DNA from: an uncultured Thermoleophilia bacterium
GTDB lineage: Bacteria; Actinomycetota; Thermoleophilia; UBA2241
NCBI GenBank assembly: GCA_963702475.1
Contig: CAVPCT010000006.1
Location: forward strand, 313,709 to 377,708
Reading direction: 5' to 3'
Length of the DNA: 64,000 nucleotides
Shown one piece after another: positions 10,707 through 21,392 of this stretch (position 1 is the stretch's first letter; every line of letters starts with the position of its first letter). The notes beneath the pieces were generated by a model, which was given only the letters and a program-made list of their open reading frames with translations, searched no databases and had not been told where the DNA came from. The position numbers were made by a program, and so were the translations under genes.

Positions 10707-11717
10707 TCAGTCGGCGGGCAGGGCCGGCCCCGGCTCCGGCGGCTGGTCGAGGCCGTACTTCTGCAGAAGGCCCACTGTCTTGGCCGAGATCCTGGCCTGA
10801 TACTTCACGCGGCCCGGCTCGACCAGATGCCACAGGTCGAAGAAGTCGGCGTCCACCAGGCCGGATCCCTTGACGGGTGTGACCCAGGGGACGTCGTAGA
10901 TCCTCGAGATCATCGCGCACCCCGCCTTGACCCTTGCGACCTGGGAGTCCAGGGAGCGGCCGATCACGTCCAGATCCCTCGGCAGGTCGAGCAGGACGGG
11001 ATACAGACCGTGCAGCAGGCAGGTCTCTACCACGCGCGCCAGTAGGTCGAGGTTGTACTCGAACCTCTCCTGGAACTGCGGGTCGCGCACCTTGAGCCAG
11101 TAGCGCAGGTAGTGCGCCTTGGTCTCGCGCGGCTGCACGCTCTTCGTCACCGAGTAGATGTGCTGGACGTAGGCGGGTGGGGGGTCCATGGGCTCGGGCA
11201 GGGTGATCGGGGGGGCCGGCTTCTTCGGGTTGGCGAAGCGGCCCAGATTGACGCCGATGAACACGATCATCGGCGCGTTCTCGGGGAGCAGCTTCGCGAA
11301 CTGGAGGTCCTCGGCGAAGGTGTCGTGACGGCAGCCGAGGTTGTGCACCGTCACCGGCGGGCCGCCGAGCCGTGCGATGTCGGCCGCCCACGACGTATCA
11401 TCCACCGTAGCCTCGCGAGCCGACGAGCCCCCGAGGAGGAGCAGCACGGGCGACCGCGGCTCCTCGGCGCGCAGGTTGGCGACGATCTGCAGCCGGTGCA
11501 GCGCGTCCTTGCCCGGCAGGTCGGCGCGTCGCGCGACGTCGTCGCTCTCGGCGAACGCGCGCGGCGCGGCGGACGGCGTCTGCGCCGCGCGCGCAGCTGC
11601 CGGTGTTCCCGCGGGCGCGGCCGTGAACGTCAGGAACGCGACCGCAAACGCCAGGATGACGGCGCCGGCCGACCTCTCGGCCCGACCCCCGCGGCGCGCT
11701 GGGGTCCGCACGGTCAT
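10707..11717 (-). CDS. Exported SGNH-like (DltD/AlgX-like) protein, paralogue 2
   Basis: Signal/TM segment, LLGGSSARE, HNLG and DLWHL. ATGA-coupled to the upstream paralogue. Confidence 0.65.
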   Translation of the reverse strand: MTVRTPARRGGRAERSAGAVILAFAVAFLTFTAAPAGTPAAARAAQTPSAAPRAFAESDDVARRADLPGKDALHRLQIVANLRAEEPRSPVLLLLGGSSAREATVDDTSWAADIARLGGPPVTVHNLGCRHDTFAEDLQFAKLLPENAPMIVFIGVNLGRFANPKKPAPPITLPEPMDPPPAYVQHIYSVTKSVQPRETKAHYLRYWLKVRDPQFQERFEYNLDLLARVVETCLLHGLYPVLLDLPRDLDVIGRSLDSQVARVKAGCAMISRIYDVPWVTPVKGSGLVDADFFDLWHLVEPGRVKYQARISAKTVGLLQKYGLDQPPEPGPALPAD

Positions 11718-12682
11718 GACCCGGCGCCCTCCATGCCGTACTGCTCGAGGAGTCTCACCGTCTCCTTCGACAGCAGGCCCTGCCATACCTCGCGGCCGGG
11801 TTCGACGAGATGCCAGAGGTCGTAGAAGGCGCGGTCGCGCAGGCGCGCCTGAGTGACGAAGCTCACCCACTTCGCGTCCTTCTTGCGCGCCATGGCTTTG
11901 CAGTCGGCCGTGAACCGCTTGACCGGGGCGTCGAGCGACGAGCCGATGACAGCTGTATCGCGGGGCAGTTCCAGGAGGACCGGCCGGTACCCCCGGCTCC
12001 TGCAGGCGTCGACGAGGGCGTCGAGGGTCTTGAGATTCGTCGCGTAGTTCGCCTTGAAGGCGGGGTAGCGCTTGGCCAGCCACTCGCCAAGCAGGGCCTT
12101 CTTCTTCGCCACGGACTTCACCGCACTCTGGGTGTACTGGTGCTGCGCGTAGGGCGGCAGCGTGGCGACCGGCGCGGGAAGGGTGATGGTCGGCGACGAC
12201 GGCGGCGAGGTGAAGCGGCCGACGTTGATGCCGATGTAGACGATGCCCCGTGCCTGCGGCAGCTTCTTCACGAGGGCGACGTCCTGCGCCAGGGTGCGGT
12301 TGCGCGAGCCGAGGTTGTAGGCGGCCACCGGAGGGCCGCCATCTGCCTGGATCTGTGCCGTCCAGGAGGTGTCGCTGACGGTGGATTCGCGCGCCGCGGA
12401 CCCGCCGAGCAGCACGACGATGGGCTCGGCAGGCGGATCGGCGCGCAGGTTCGCGACCACCTGGAGCACGTGACGCCAGTCGTTGCCGGCGGCGGCCCGC
12501 GGGGCGCTCGCCGCAGGGCCTGTGGCCTGGCTTGCCGCCGCCGTCGCTGAGGGCGCGGTGTGACTCTCGCCGGCCTGCGCCGCGCAGGCGGGGAGCGCGG
12601 CGAGCAGCAGCCCGGCTCCTGCGGTCAGGACCGCGGCGAGCCGGGCCCGCCGGCGCTTCGCCGGACGGCGCCGTGCTGCCAT
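11714..12682 (-). CDS. Exported SGNH-like (DltD/AlgX-like) protein, paralogue 1
   Basis: Signal peptide ending in a Cys-containing segment, LLGGSAARE, YNLG and DLWHL. Confidence 0.65.
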   Translation of the reverse strand: MAARRRPAKRRRARLAAVLTAGAGLLLAALPACAAQAGESHTAPSATAAASQATGPAASAPRAAAGNDWRHVLQVVANLRADPPAEPIVVLLGGSAARESTVSDTSWTAQIQADGGPPVAAYNLGSRNRTLAQDVALVKKLPQARGIVYIGINVGRFTSPPSSPTITLPAPVATLPPYAQHQYTQSAVKSVAKKKALLGEWLAKRYPAFKANYATNLKTLDALVDACRSRGYRPVLLELPRDTAVIGSSLDAPVKRFTADCKAMARKKDAKWVSFVTQARLRDRAFYDLWHLVEPGREVWQGLLSKETVRLLEQYGMEGAGS

Positions 12683-12757
12683 GTCCGCGCGTGCCTTCAC
12701 TCGGGATTCGACTGTAGCATGGGGCGAGTGGTCTCGCGACACAGGAGGAGCTCTGGC

Positions 12758-13615
12758 ATGCCGGATACCCTGAGCTGTACGTCCGACGAGTTCGCCGCGC
12801 GGGACGGTGTACGGCTCGTGCGGTGGGCGTGCCGGCCGGGCGACGAGGCTCGCGCGGCGGTCGCCGTCGTGCACGGGTACGGGGAGCACGCCGGCCGCTA
12901 CCGTCAGCTCGCCCGGGAGCTGGCGGAACGCGGCTTCTGCACGTGCACGTACGATCTCCGCGGTCACGGCCGGTCCGCCGGGCGGCGCGGCCACGTCGGC
13001 AGGTTCAAGGAGTACCTCGACGATACCGGCCGGTTCCTCGATTGGGCGCGCCTGCAGGCGCGGGGCCTCCCGCTCTTCCTTCTGGGTCACAGCATGGGTG
13101 GCCTCATCGCGGCGCTGTTCGTCGAGCAGCGCCGTCCCGACGACCTCGCCGGCGTGGTCCTCTCCTCACCCTTCCTGAGGCTGGCGGAGCCGGTGCCCAG
13201 ACACAAGCTCTTCCTGGCCCACATCGCCTCGGCGGTCGCACCTTCACTCGACGTGGGCAACACGCTGGACGCGGCCGGGCTCTCTCGCGACGACGAGGTC
13301 GTCGCGGCGTACCGAGCCGATCCGCTCAATCACGGCGTGGCCACGGCGCGGTGGGCGACGGAGGTGCTCTCCGCCCAGAAGACGGCGCTCGCTCACGCCG
13401 GCCGCATCAGCCAGCGCCTGCTGGTGATGGCCGGGAGCGACGATGCGGTCGCTCATCCCGACGCGGCGCGAGAGCTCTTCGCAGCGGCCGCGTCCCGGGA
13501 CAAGAAGCTCCTCGTGTACCCCGGCTTCCTGCACGAGATCTTCAACGAGGCCGGCAGGGACGCGCCCGTGGCCGACCTGCTGGCCTGGCTGGAGGCGCGC
13601 CTGCCGGAGGCGTGA
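12758..13615 (+). CDS. Alpha/beta hydrolase (lysophospholipase/monoacylglycerol lipase family)
   Basis: HGYGEH, DLRGHGRS, GHSMGG nucleophile elbow and HEIFNE; GGAGGAG SD. Confidence 0.92.
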   Translation: MPDTLSCTSDEFAARDGVRLVRWACRPGDEARAAVAVVHGYGEHAGRYRQLARELAERGFCTCTYDLRGHGRSAGRRGHVGRFKEYLDDTGRFLDWARLQARGLPLFLLGHSMGGLIAALFVEQRRPDDLAGVVLSSPFLRLAEPVPRHKLFLAHIASAVAPSLDVGNTLDAAGLSRDDEVVAAYRADPLNHGVATARWATEVLSAQKTALAHAGRISQRLLVMAGSDDAVAHPDAARELFAAAASRDKKLLVYPGFLHEIFNEAGRDAPVADLLAWLEARLPEA

Positions 13616-13667
13616 GGGGGGCGGGCCGGGAGGCGCCCGCTCCGGGCGGGCGCCGGCGCCCGCCTGC

Positions 13668-14411
13668 TCAGCTCCGCGGCCGGCCCACCGTGGTCATGTA
13701 GACGACCGGCTCCTCGTCGGGGTCAACGCCGAGCAGGACCGCCGCCTCCTCGTCGTAGAAGGCGGCGACCTGGCAGGTACCGAGCCCCAGGGCGACGGCC
13801 GCCAGGGCCACGTTCTGGGCGATGTGGCCGGCGTCCAGCAGTACGTAGCGCACGAAGCGCTGCCCGTACTTCCAGCGCGAGCGCTCGAGCACGGCCGTCC
13901 ACAGGAAGACCGCGTCGGCGTCAGCCGCGATGCGCTGGTCGAGGGCGGCGCGCGCCAGGGGCAGGCGCACGTCGCCCGGTCGCACCTGCTCGAGGGCGCG
14001 CTCAAGGACGGCGTGGTGGTACACGCCGGGCTCCAGTCCCGTCACGCGGTGCGCTGCGACGTAGTGCTCGATGGGGAAGAGGCCGCCGGCCGACGGCGCC
14101 GTGCGAAAGGCGAAGCCGAGCTGCTGCGCGGTGACCCCGGCGGCCGCCCAGAGCAGCGCGGAGAGCTCCCCGAGGTCGAGTGACGGCGGCGCGTAGTCGC
14201 GCACGCTGCGCCGCCGCCCGAGCACCTCGAACAGGTCCTGGTGCGCCGCGCCCGGCGGCGCAAGGCGCGGCTCGGGCAGCTGGACGCGCGGCGCGTCGGG
14301 GTATGTCTTGAACCAGGCCGGCTGGCGGCTCCAGTCCATACGCCCGCCCACCAGCCGCTCGCGGGTGTGCCTCGTCTCCTTCAGGTACTGCTCGGCGATG
14401 CCGTCGTCCAC
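13668..14411 (-). CDS. SagB/ThcOx-family nitroreductase-like dehydrogenase
   Basis: RRSVRDY, RTAPSAGGLFPIE, KYGQR and DAGHIAQN. Confidence 0.9.
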   Translation of the reverse strand: MDDGIAEQYLKETRHTRERLVGGRMDWSRQPAWFKTYPDAPRVQLPEPRLAPPGAAHQDLFEVLGRRRSVRDYAPPSLDLGELSALLWAAAGVTAQQLGFAFRTAPSAGGLFPIEHYVAAHRVTGLEPGVYHHAVLERALEQVRPGDVRLPLARAALDQRIAADADAVFLWTAVLERSRWKYGQRFVRYVLLDAGHIAQNVALAAVALGLGTCQVAAFYDEEAAVLLGVDPDEEPVVYMTTVGRPRS

Positions 14412-14474
14412 GTCAGTCTCCTTCCGCGCGGCCGGTCGGGCGCGGCGCATGCCGCGCCCGACCGGCCGCGGCCC

Positions 14475-15317
14475 TCACGTCTTCTCGCCGTCGCCCCCGT
14501 ACGGCACGGGGATGTACTCCACCGACGGCCGCCGCTGCGTCCGCCGTGGGTAGAGGTCCATGAGCGCGTAGACCTCGTCGGGCAGCCCTTCTTCCACCGG
14601 CAGTCCCAGCCGCCCAGCCTCGTCGAGCCTGATTGGGTAGTCGTGGGTCCAGCGGCCCTCACTCAGGGTGGCGGCCAACTCGGCCGCGCGCTCCGGGAGT
14701 CGGTCGCGCACGAGTTCCTCCACCGTGTCGCGGACCTGGGCGATCGCCTTGCGCGAGAGGTCTCCCAGGATCAACGTCTGGTCGTCGCGGTTGGGGTTGG
14801 GCTCCTCCAGGGCGGCGAGGACGGATGCGGCCGGCCACATGCCCCGCAGCGGGTTGCCGAGCTGGGGGTCGACCGGCCCGAGCACTGCGTCGGCGTCCAT
14901 CAGGATGGCGTCGGCGGCGAGTGCCACCAGGGTACCGCCCGACATGGCGTAGTGCGGCACCAGCACAGTCACCCTGCCCGGGTGTCGCCTGAGCGCGTAG
15001 GCGATCTGGTCCGAGGCCAGCACCAGGCCGCCCGGTGTGTGCAGGATCAGGTCGATGGGCATCTCCGGCGGCGTCATGCGCACTGCCTTGAGCACCTGCT
15101 CGGAGTCCTCCACGTCGATGTAGCGGCCGAAGGGGATGCCGAGCAGGCCGACGCTCTCCTGGCGGTGGACCATCGTGATGACGCGCGAGCCGCGGCGCTG
15201 CTCCAGCGCACGGATCAGGCTGCGCCGCCTCTTGTCACGGCGGCGGCGCAGCCAGCGCGGCAGAAGCCACGCGAGGGCAAGAAACGCGGCGATGACGAGG
15301 AGCAAGACCCAGATCAT
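14475..15317 (-). CDS. ClpP-class membrane serine protease (SDH_sah/DUF114)
   Basis: N-terminal TM, LHTPGG, YAMSGGTLVALAAD, LGPVDPQ and WTHDYPI. Confidence 0.9.
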   Translation of the reverse strand: MIWVLLLVIAAFLALAWLLPRWLRRRRDKRRRSLIRALEQRRGSRVITMVHRQESVGLLGIPFGRYIDVEDSEQVLKAVRMTPPEMPIDLILHTPGGLVLASDQIAYALRRHPGRVTVLVPHYAMSGGTLVALAADAILMDADAVLGPVDPQLGNPLRGMWPAASVLAALEEPNPNRDDQTLILGDLSRKAIAQVRDTVEELVRDRLPERAAELAATLSEGRWTHDYPIRLDEAGRLGLPVEEGLPDEVYALMDLYPRRTQRRPSVEYIPVPYGGDGEKT

Positions 15318-15455
15318 GGACTCGTCGTGCCCGCTGCGGCCGGGGGCGACACCTGCCGTCCGCCGGAAGCGGGTGCCCGACTGTGTGCGGATTGGCAACG
15401 ACGAAGCCCGGCGGGGAGCGGCGTGCCGCCTCCCGCCGGGCTTCTGGCGGACTCC

Positions 15456-16912
15456 TTACTCGGCGCCGGTCGCGTCCTGCGGCGCCCGCTCTTGGAACGG
15501 CCACTCGCCAGTGACGTAGCTGACCGCCACCTGGTACAGGGCCAGCAGGATCAGGAGCACGATGATCCACGTCCACGAGGAGGCCGAGACGAGCAGCAGG
15601 ATGAGCAGCACGACCAGACCGATCACGCGCACGAGCGCGACGTTCTTGCGGATCCAGCGGATGGCAGGACTGTCCGACTTGGCGACCTCGTCGGCCCTGC
15701 TGGCGCCGGCCTTGCCTGCTTTGACGGCGAACTCCCGGATGTCGCGGCGCCCGATGATCCACGCCACCACGGCCACCACGGCGCCGATCGCCACGATCCA
15801 GATGGTCATGGTGGTCAGCGGCCGCAGGGAGCTGTCGATGACGTCACGGGCCAGCGTCCGCGCCGCGCCCGCCGTCAGGTTGTCGACGATGTAGGCAGTG
15901 GCTCTCTTGATCACGACGTGTGTGATGACGAGGGCGACGGCCACGCCGATGCCGAGCACGATGATGGTGGTGCGGCGCCGGTGCGAGAGCCAGATGGTCA
16001 GGGCCACGAGGGCGGCCACCATGACGGGCAGGATCCACATGAGGCTGTCGAAGATCCTGATGGCCGTCTGTGCAGGGCCAAGGGCGTCGTTCGTGAGGAG
16101 CGTGAGCTGCCCGAAGTCCGCGGGCAGCGGCTTGCCCGACCACTGAGACACCTGCTGGATGGCCTCGTCCGGAGGCGTCGTCGCCTCGATGACCGGGACG
16201 GCGATGCGGCTCTGCAGCGCGCCGGGCAGCTTGCTCTCGAGCGACAGGAGGACCTGACTCACGAGCGGCAGGACGTTCAGCTTGACGTCGCTGCCCGCGA
16301 TGTAGGTGTACGTGTTCTCGCCACGCAGCAGGCCCACGACACTCTCATGGGCGACCTCGTTGATCCTTAGCCACGCCTGGTAGGCCTTGTCCGTGCTGAG
16401 GAGCTGGTATGTCTGCTCCTGGATGAACGACTCGACCTGGGCGGTGATGGGCCCGGCGAGGAACTTGGCCCTGTCCGGCAGGACGGCCTCGGCTCGCGCC
16501 TGCAGGTCGGTGGCCGTGATGACCTGCAGCGAGATGTACTCGCTCAGCGACGTGATCGCTTCCGGGTCCTTGCCGATCGGCCCGACGATCTTCATGTAGC
16601 CGTCGGTGTTGAGGGTGGTGTAGTGCGCCCACCAGGTGAGACCGGTCACCACGACGGCGAGACACGAGAGGGTCACGAGGACGGCGATCAGCACGGTGTG
16701 GACGCGCCCGCGCAGGCGGTGCTGCTTGGGCGGGGCGTCGCCGGCCGCCGGCGCTTCGACGGCCGCCGCCCTGCCGTCACGGCCGTCTCGCCGTCGGCAT
16801 CGGCGGCCGCGCTGACCGCCTGCGTGACGGCCGTCTGCTCGGCGGTGGCTTCTTCCTCGGTGCCCTCGGCGGGGGCGTCGTCAGCGGCGCCCGCCGGCTC
16901 CTTCTCGGTCAT
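15456..16912 (-). CDS. Integral membrane protein; apparent 1-nt frameshift near 16770
   Basis: MTEKEPAG start with AAGGGG SD. The acidic N-terminus joins AAAVEAPAAGDAPPKQHRLRGRVHTVLIAVL in another frame. Multiple TM helices follow. Confidence 0.7.
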
Positions 16913-17107
16913 GGTCGTCCCCTTCCGGTCACGCGTGCTCGCTCGTCCTCGGCCGCCGTTGTGTCCGCCCGGCGCTCGCACCGGCGCCGTCCGGGCTTCA
17001 GTCCACGTTCGACGGCCCCCCCCGTTCCCCTCGTGACCGGGCGGCCGGCCGCCGTCCGCGATGACCGCAGGCGACGGTGGGCGGATCTCCGCGGGACCGC
17101 CGTGCCG

Positions 17108-18529
17108 CTACAGCTCCGGGGCCACGGCGCGCAGCTCGTCCCACACGAGCCGCACGTGCTCGCGCTCGGTGTGCAGCGCGCCGATGGACACGCGGAGCAT
17201 CTGCCGGCCCTTCAGCAGCGAGGGCGTGAGGTAGGCGCGGCCGGCCCGGTTCACACGGTCGGCGACCGCCAGGTTGTGGGCCGTGAGGGCGTCCTCGTCG
17301 CCGGCCAGGGCCGGTGGCTCGTGCCGCACGCACACGGTCTGGAGCGGCGCCGGCGCGAGGCGTTCCCACTCCGGCGCTGCGTCGACCTGCTCCGCCAGCC
17401 AGGCGGCATTCTCCACGTCGCGCCGCACGCGCGCCTGCAGGCCCTCCACGCCCTGGTCGCGAAGCAGGAACCACAGCTTGAGCGAGCGGAAGCGGCGGCC
17501 CAGCGGGATGCCCCAGTCGCGCAGGTTGCGCACGAGACCGTCCTGGGCCGTGCGCAGGTAGCTCGGGTCGGTGCTCATCACGCGCACCAGGTGCTCCGGG
17601 TCGCGCACGTAGTACGCGGAGAGGTCGAAGACGGTGCCGAGCCATTTGTGCGGGTTGAAGACGACGGAGTCGGCCGCCTCCACGCCGTCCCACATCCAGC
17701 GGTACTCGGGGCAGATCATGGCGGTGCCGGCGAGGGCCGCGTCCACGTGAAGCCACAGGCCGTGGCGCGCCGCCAGCTCGGCCACGCCGCGCACGGGGTC
17801 CAGGGCGGTGGTCGCGGTGGTGCCGACGGCGGCCACCACGGCGCAGGGCCGCCGCCCGGCAGCGAGGTCCTCCTCGACGGCCGCCTCGAGCAGGTCGAGG
17901 CGCAGGGCATGCTCGTCGTCGGTGCCGATGAGGCGCAGGTGCTCTGCGCCGAAGCCGGCCAGCAGCGCCGCCTTGGGGATCGAGCTGTGCGCCTGGTCGG
18001 AGGCGTAGACGACGAGCGGGGTGGCCTCACCCTGCAGGCCGCCGCGGTTCTGGCAGAAGCCACTGGTGCGCTCACGGGCGCAGAGCAGCGCGGTGAACGT
18101 GGCCGTGCTGGCCGTGTCCTGGATGACGCCGGTGAACGTGTCCGGCAGCCCGACCATGCCGCGCAGCCACTCCATGACGACGTCCTCGAGCTCGGTGGCG
18201 GCGGGGCTCGTCTGCCAGCTCATGCCCTGCACGCCGAGCCCGGACGAGACCAGGTCGGCGAGCACGGTGGAGAGCTCGGCGTTGGACGGGAAGTAGGCGA
18301 AGAAGGCGGGGTGGTTCCAGTGCGTGATACCGGGGAGGACGATGTCGTCGAGGTCGACGGTGATGGAGTCGAGGCCGGCCGGCCGCGCCGGAGGCTCGGC
18401 CGGCAGCTTGGCCGCCACCTCGCCGGGCTGTACGCGGCTCATGACCGGCAGGTCGGCGATGTGTCCGCGGTAGTCGGCGATCCAGTCGACCAGCTCGTGG
18501 CCGAGGCGGCGGAAGTCGGCAGGGTCCAT
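17108..18529 (-). CDS. Aromatic-L-amino-acid decarboxylase-like PLP enzyme
   Basis: MDPADFRRLGHELVDWIADY, PGITHWNHP, SPAATELE, NPHKW and DWGIPLGRRFRSLKLWF, all DDC-family hallmarks. Confidence 0.93.
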   Translation of the reverse strand: MDPADFRRLGHELVDWIADYRGHIADLPVMSRVQPGEVAAKLPAEPPARPAGLDSITVDLDDIVLPGITHWNHPAFFAYFPSNAELSTVLADLVSSGLGVQGMSWQTSPAATELEDVVMEWLRGMVGLPDTFTGVIQDTASTATFTALLCARERTSGFCQNRGGLQGEATPLVVYASDQAHSSIPKAALLAGFGAEHLRLIGTDDEHALRLDLLEAAVEEDLAAGRRPCAVVAAVGTTATTALDPVRGVAELAARHGLWLHVDAALAGTAMICPEYRWMWDGVEAADSVVFNPHKWLGTVFDLSAYYVRDPEHLVRVMSTDPSYLRTAQDGLVRNLRDWGIPLGRRFRSLKLWFLLRDQGVEGLQARVRRDVENAAWLAEQVDAAPEWERLAPAPLQTVCVRHEPPALAGDEDALTAHNLAVADRVNRAGRAYLTPSLLKGRQMLRVSIGALHTEREHVRLVWDELRAVAPEL

Positions 18530-18650
18530 GAGGTCTCCCTGAGGGTCGCAGGTCGGGACGGGCGGCGGGGCTGCGCCGGCCGCCGGCCGATTCTACCGGA
18601 CGCCACCCGGCGGCGACGGCGTGTGAGAGATCGTCTGCGCCCCGCGGCCG

Positions 18651-19313
18651 CTACCTGCGCTCGGCAACGATCACCTCTGAGGCCAACACCAGGTCGGTGA
18701 CGATGAGTCGCGCCCGGACCGTCCACAGCTCGGGCGTGAGCAGGGGAACCAGTGTGACCGGGCGGCAGCCGCCCATGAGTGCGGGGTCCAGGCTCCACAC
18801 CGCGCGCCAGGCGCGCGTGAGGCCGCGAGCGATTGCTGTCCGGCCCGGGGTGAGGCTCGCCAGAGCGAGCAAGCCCCCGGGACGGAGCACGCGGTGTACC
18901 TCCGCGAGCAGCCCCTCGCAGTCGTCCGGGCTGAGCAGGTCGAGGACGTAGGTGCCGACGAAGCGATCGCACGAGCCGTCGTCCACGGGCAGGTCCATCG
19001 AGCCGTCGGATCGCTCCACGCGCGCCCGGTCGCCCCACGGGGCGACGGCGGCGCGCGCCAGATCCACCATGCGGGGACTCACGTCCAGACCCAGGTAGCT
19101 CGCCCCGGCCGGGAGGCGCTCGGCCAGCACGCGGGCCGCCAGGCGGCCCGTGCCGCAGCCGAGTTCCAGCACGGCATCGGCGCGCTCGAACGCCGTACGC
19201 TCCACGAGCGCGTCCAGCGCGCGCCGCTCGCTCAGCGGCCGCGTGTCCTGCCAGCGGCCGATGCGGTCGTAGATCCTCTGCGCCTGCGCGTGACTGACGT
19301 AGCGCTCCGGCAA
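18651..19313 (-). CDS. Class I SAM-dependent methyltransferase
   Basis: VLELGCGTG, YLGLDVS and RVLRPGG. The start codon is uncertain. Confidence 0.88.
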   Translation of the reverse strand: MPERYVSHAQAQRIYDRIGRWQDTRPLSERRALDALVERTAFERADAVLELGCGTGRLAARVLAERLPAGASYLGLDVSPRMVDLARAAVAPWGDRARVERSDGSMDLPVDDGSCDRFVGTYVLDLLSPDDCEGLLAEVHRVLRPGGLLALASLTPGRTAIARGLTRAWRAVWSLDPALMGGCRPVTLVPLLTPELWTVRARLIVTDLVLASEVIVAERR

Positions 19314-19526
19314 CCCGCCTCCTCCGTCATGGCCACCCTGAACGTCGCATCGAGCATCCTGTCAATCGAGATGACACCGTATTCAATGATACGCGCAACA
19401 TCCCACACATCCGCGCACCTAGTGACACCCGTCACCCACTGAGACAGAATCGACCGCATCCGCGGCGCTGTGTCGCGAGGTAGGGGGGCCTCCCCCGGGG
19501 GGCCGGGTGCGAGACAGGAGGAGCTC

Positions 19527-21200
19527 ATGGCAAGACGTCTCCGTATTCTTCTCATGGTCGTGCTGTGCGTGGGGGTGGTGCTGGCCCTCGCGGCGCCGGC
19601 GATGGCCAAACGGCCCACGCACTTCATGATCGTCGTCATCGACCAGATGCAGCCCGGCTACGCGCAGCAGTTCGACATGGCGAACGTGCTCATGCTGCAG
19701 AAGAAAGGCGTCAACTTCCCCAACGCGTACGTGGGCCACATGGCGTCGGAGACGGTGATAGCCCACAACGTCATGGTCAGCGGGCAGTTCCCCAAGCACA
19801 TGGGCTGGTCGGACGAGGCCTTCCGCGACGTCAACAACATCATCGGCTACGGGACCGACGCCATCGTCACCAGCGGTGACCTGGGCTACGCCGACTACGA
19901 GAAGCTCATCGCCGAGTGGGACTACAAGAAGCTCGGCGACTACCTGCACGAGAAGTTCCCCGGCACGATCGTCGCCAATGTGGGCCAGAAGGGCTACCAG
20001 GTCGAGTCGATGGCGGCGTCGAGCTCGGACTACTACGTCCGCTACGGCAGCAAGAAGAAGACGTCCGACCTGGCCGACCCGAGCGTCGTGCCGTGGACGG
20101 GCACCTACCGCGGCCCGTCCGGCAAGCTTCCCGACTACATCAAGAGCGACAACCGCTTCCTCGTGAGCGTCGGGAACCCTTCGGACTCGCTCGAGACCAC
20201 CAAGACCGCGCCGGCCTGGATCTACCCGGAGGACGGTCGCTACGTGGTCGACAGCTATCAAGGCCATCAGGGCGGCGACAACTGGGTCGCCGATGCCACC
20301 CTCAAGATCATGGACAACGAGGAGTGGTCCGGCCTGTGGGTGACCTTCAGTTCCATGGACAAGGTCGGCCACATGTGGGGCACCGGCGAGATCGACACCG
20401 TCGCCGAGTACGGCTGGGATCCGAGCTCGCTGTTCGCCCAGATCCACATGCCGTGGGTGGCCAAGAACGCCGACGACCAGCTCGGCCGTCTGCTAGCCAA
20501 GCTCAAGGAGAAGGGCATCGACGACGAGACCCTCATCGTGGTGACGGCCGACCACGCCGCCACCTACGGCAAGGGCGAGGGCTACAGGGGCGTGAACACG
20601 TACGACGGCGGTAACCTGTTCAACTGGTACGCCGGCTCCTGGTTCCCGGGCTACGGCTCCGACCCCAAGGTCCCCAACACCAGCCCCGGCTCGCCGAACC
20701 TCAAGCCGCTCATGGATACGGGCAACGTGGCCTTCAGCTACCAGTCCACCGCCATCGAGACCTGGCTCAAGGACTGGAGCATGGCCAAGAAGCTGGCGGC
20801 CGCGGACGTGATGGAGGATCTGCCGGGCGTCATAGCCACTTACGTGAAGAACGGCGACCGCTACAAGCGGTACTCGGTGGACGTGGCCATGACCAAGTCC
20901 GAGAGCAACTGGTGGACCGCCCACGGTCAGGAGCTGGTCAACACCATGTGTTTCGAGGGCTCGGGTGACGTGGTCGGGTTGCTCGCCGACAAGAACAGCT
21001 ACGGCGCCTTCGGCGACCACGGCGGCGCGCAGATGGAGGTGCAGCGCATCCCGATGGCCTGGTACATGCCGGGCATCAAGCACGCCGTGAACAAGGCCGG
21101 GATCCGGCTGGTGGACCTCATGCCGACGGCGATGAAGGCGCTCGGCATCGCCGCCACCGACCCGATGGACGGCAAGGCGTACGACCTGAAGATCAAGTGA
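19527..21200 (+). CDS. Secreted alkaline phosphatase/nucleotide pyrophosphatase-family protein
   Basis: Signal peptide, VVIDQM, ETVIAH, DKVGH, VTADH and GDHGG metal-binding motifs. Confidence 0.85.
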   Translation: MARRLRILLMVVLCVGVVLALAAPAMAKRPTHFMIVVIDQMQPGYAQQFDMANVLMLQKKGVNFPNAYVGHMASETVIAHNVMVSGQFPKHMGWSDEAFRDVNNIIGYGTDAIVTSGDLGYADYEKLIAEWDYKKLGDYLHEKFPGTIVANVGQKGYQVESMAASSSDYYVRYGSKKKTSDLADPSVVPWTGTYRGPSGKLPDYIKSDNRFLVSVGNPSDSLETTKTAPAWIYPEDGRYVVDSYQGHQGGDNWVADATLKIMDNEEWSGLWVTFSSMDKVGHMWGTGEIDTVAEYGWDPSSLFAQIHMPWVAKNADDQLGRLLAKLKEKGIDDETLIVVTADHAATYGKGEGYRGVNTYDGGNLFNWYAGSWFPGYGSDPKVPNTSPGSPNLKPLMDTGNVAFSYQSTAIETWLKDWSMAKKLAAADVMEDLPGVIATYVKNGDRYKRYSVDVAMTKSESNWWTAHGQELVNTMCFEGSGDVVGLLADKNSYGAFGDHGGAQMEVQRIPMAWYMPGIKHAVNKAGIRLVDLMPTAMKALGIAATDPMDGKAYDLKIK

Positions 21201-21227
21201 TCCCGATCGCCTGAGCGACGCCGACCT

Positions 21228-21265
21228 GCGCCGGGCCGGCCTCCGGGAGGAGGCCGGCCCGGCGC
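21228..21265 (+). terminator. Strong GC hairpin (likely terminator)
   Basis: GCGCCGGGCCGGCCTCC-GGGA-GGAGGCCGGCCCGGCGC is a perfect 17-bp stem just after the stop, followed by CTCTCT. Confidence 0.7.
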
Positions 21266-21392
21266 CTCTCTGTGAGCCGGACGTGATCCGCGCTCGCCCC
21301 GCGGTCGCGTCCGGCCGGTTGCGGCTCTCCTCGCCCGCCCTCAGGATGGAGCTCCGGCCGTGGGGCCGGACATCGGGAGCCGGGAGGCACGC

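Noticed and set aside
13668-14411. Azole-RiPP cluster around the SagB-like gene
   Set aside because: No YcaO, precursor peptide or transporter nearby; stand-alone members are common.
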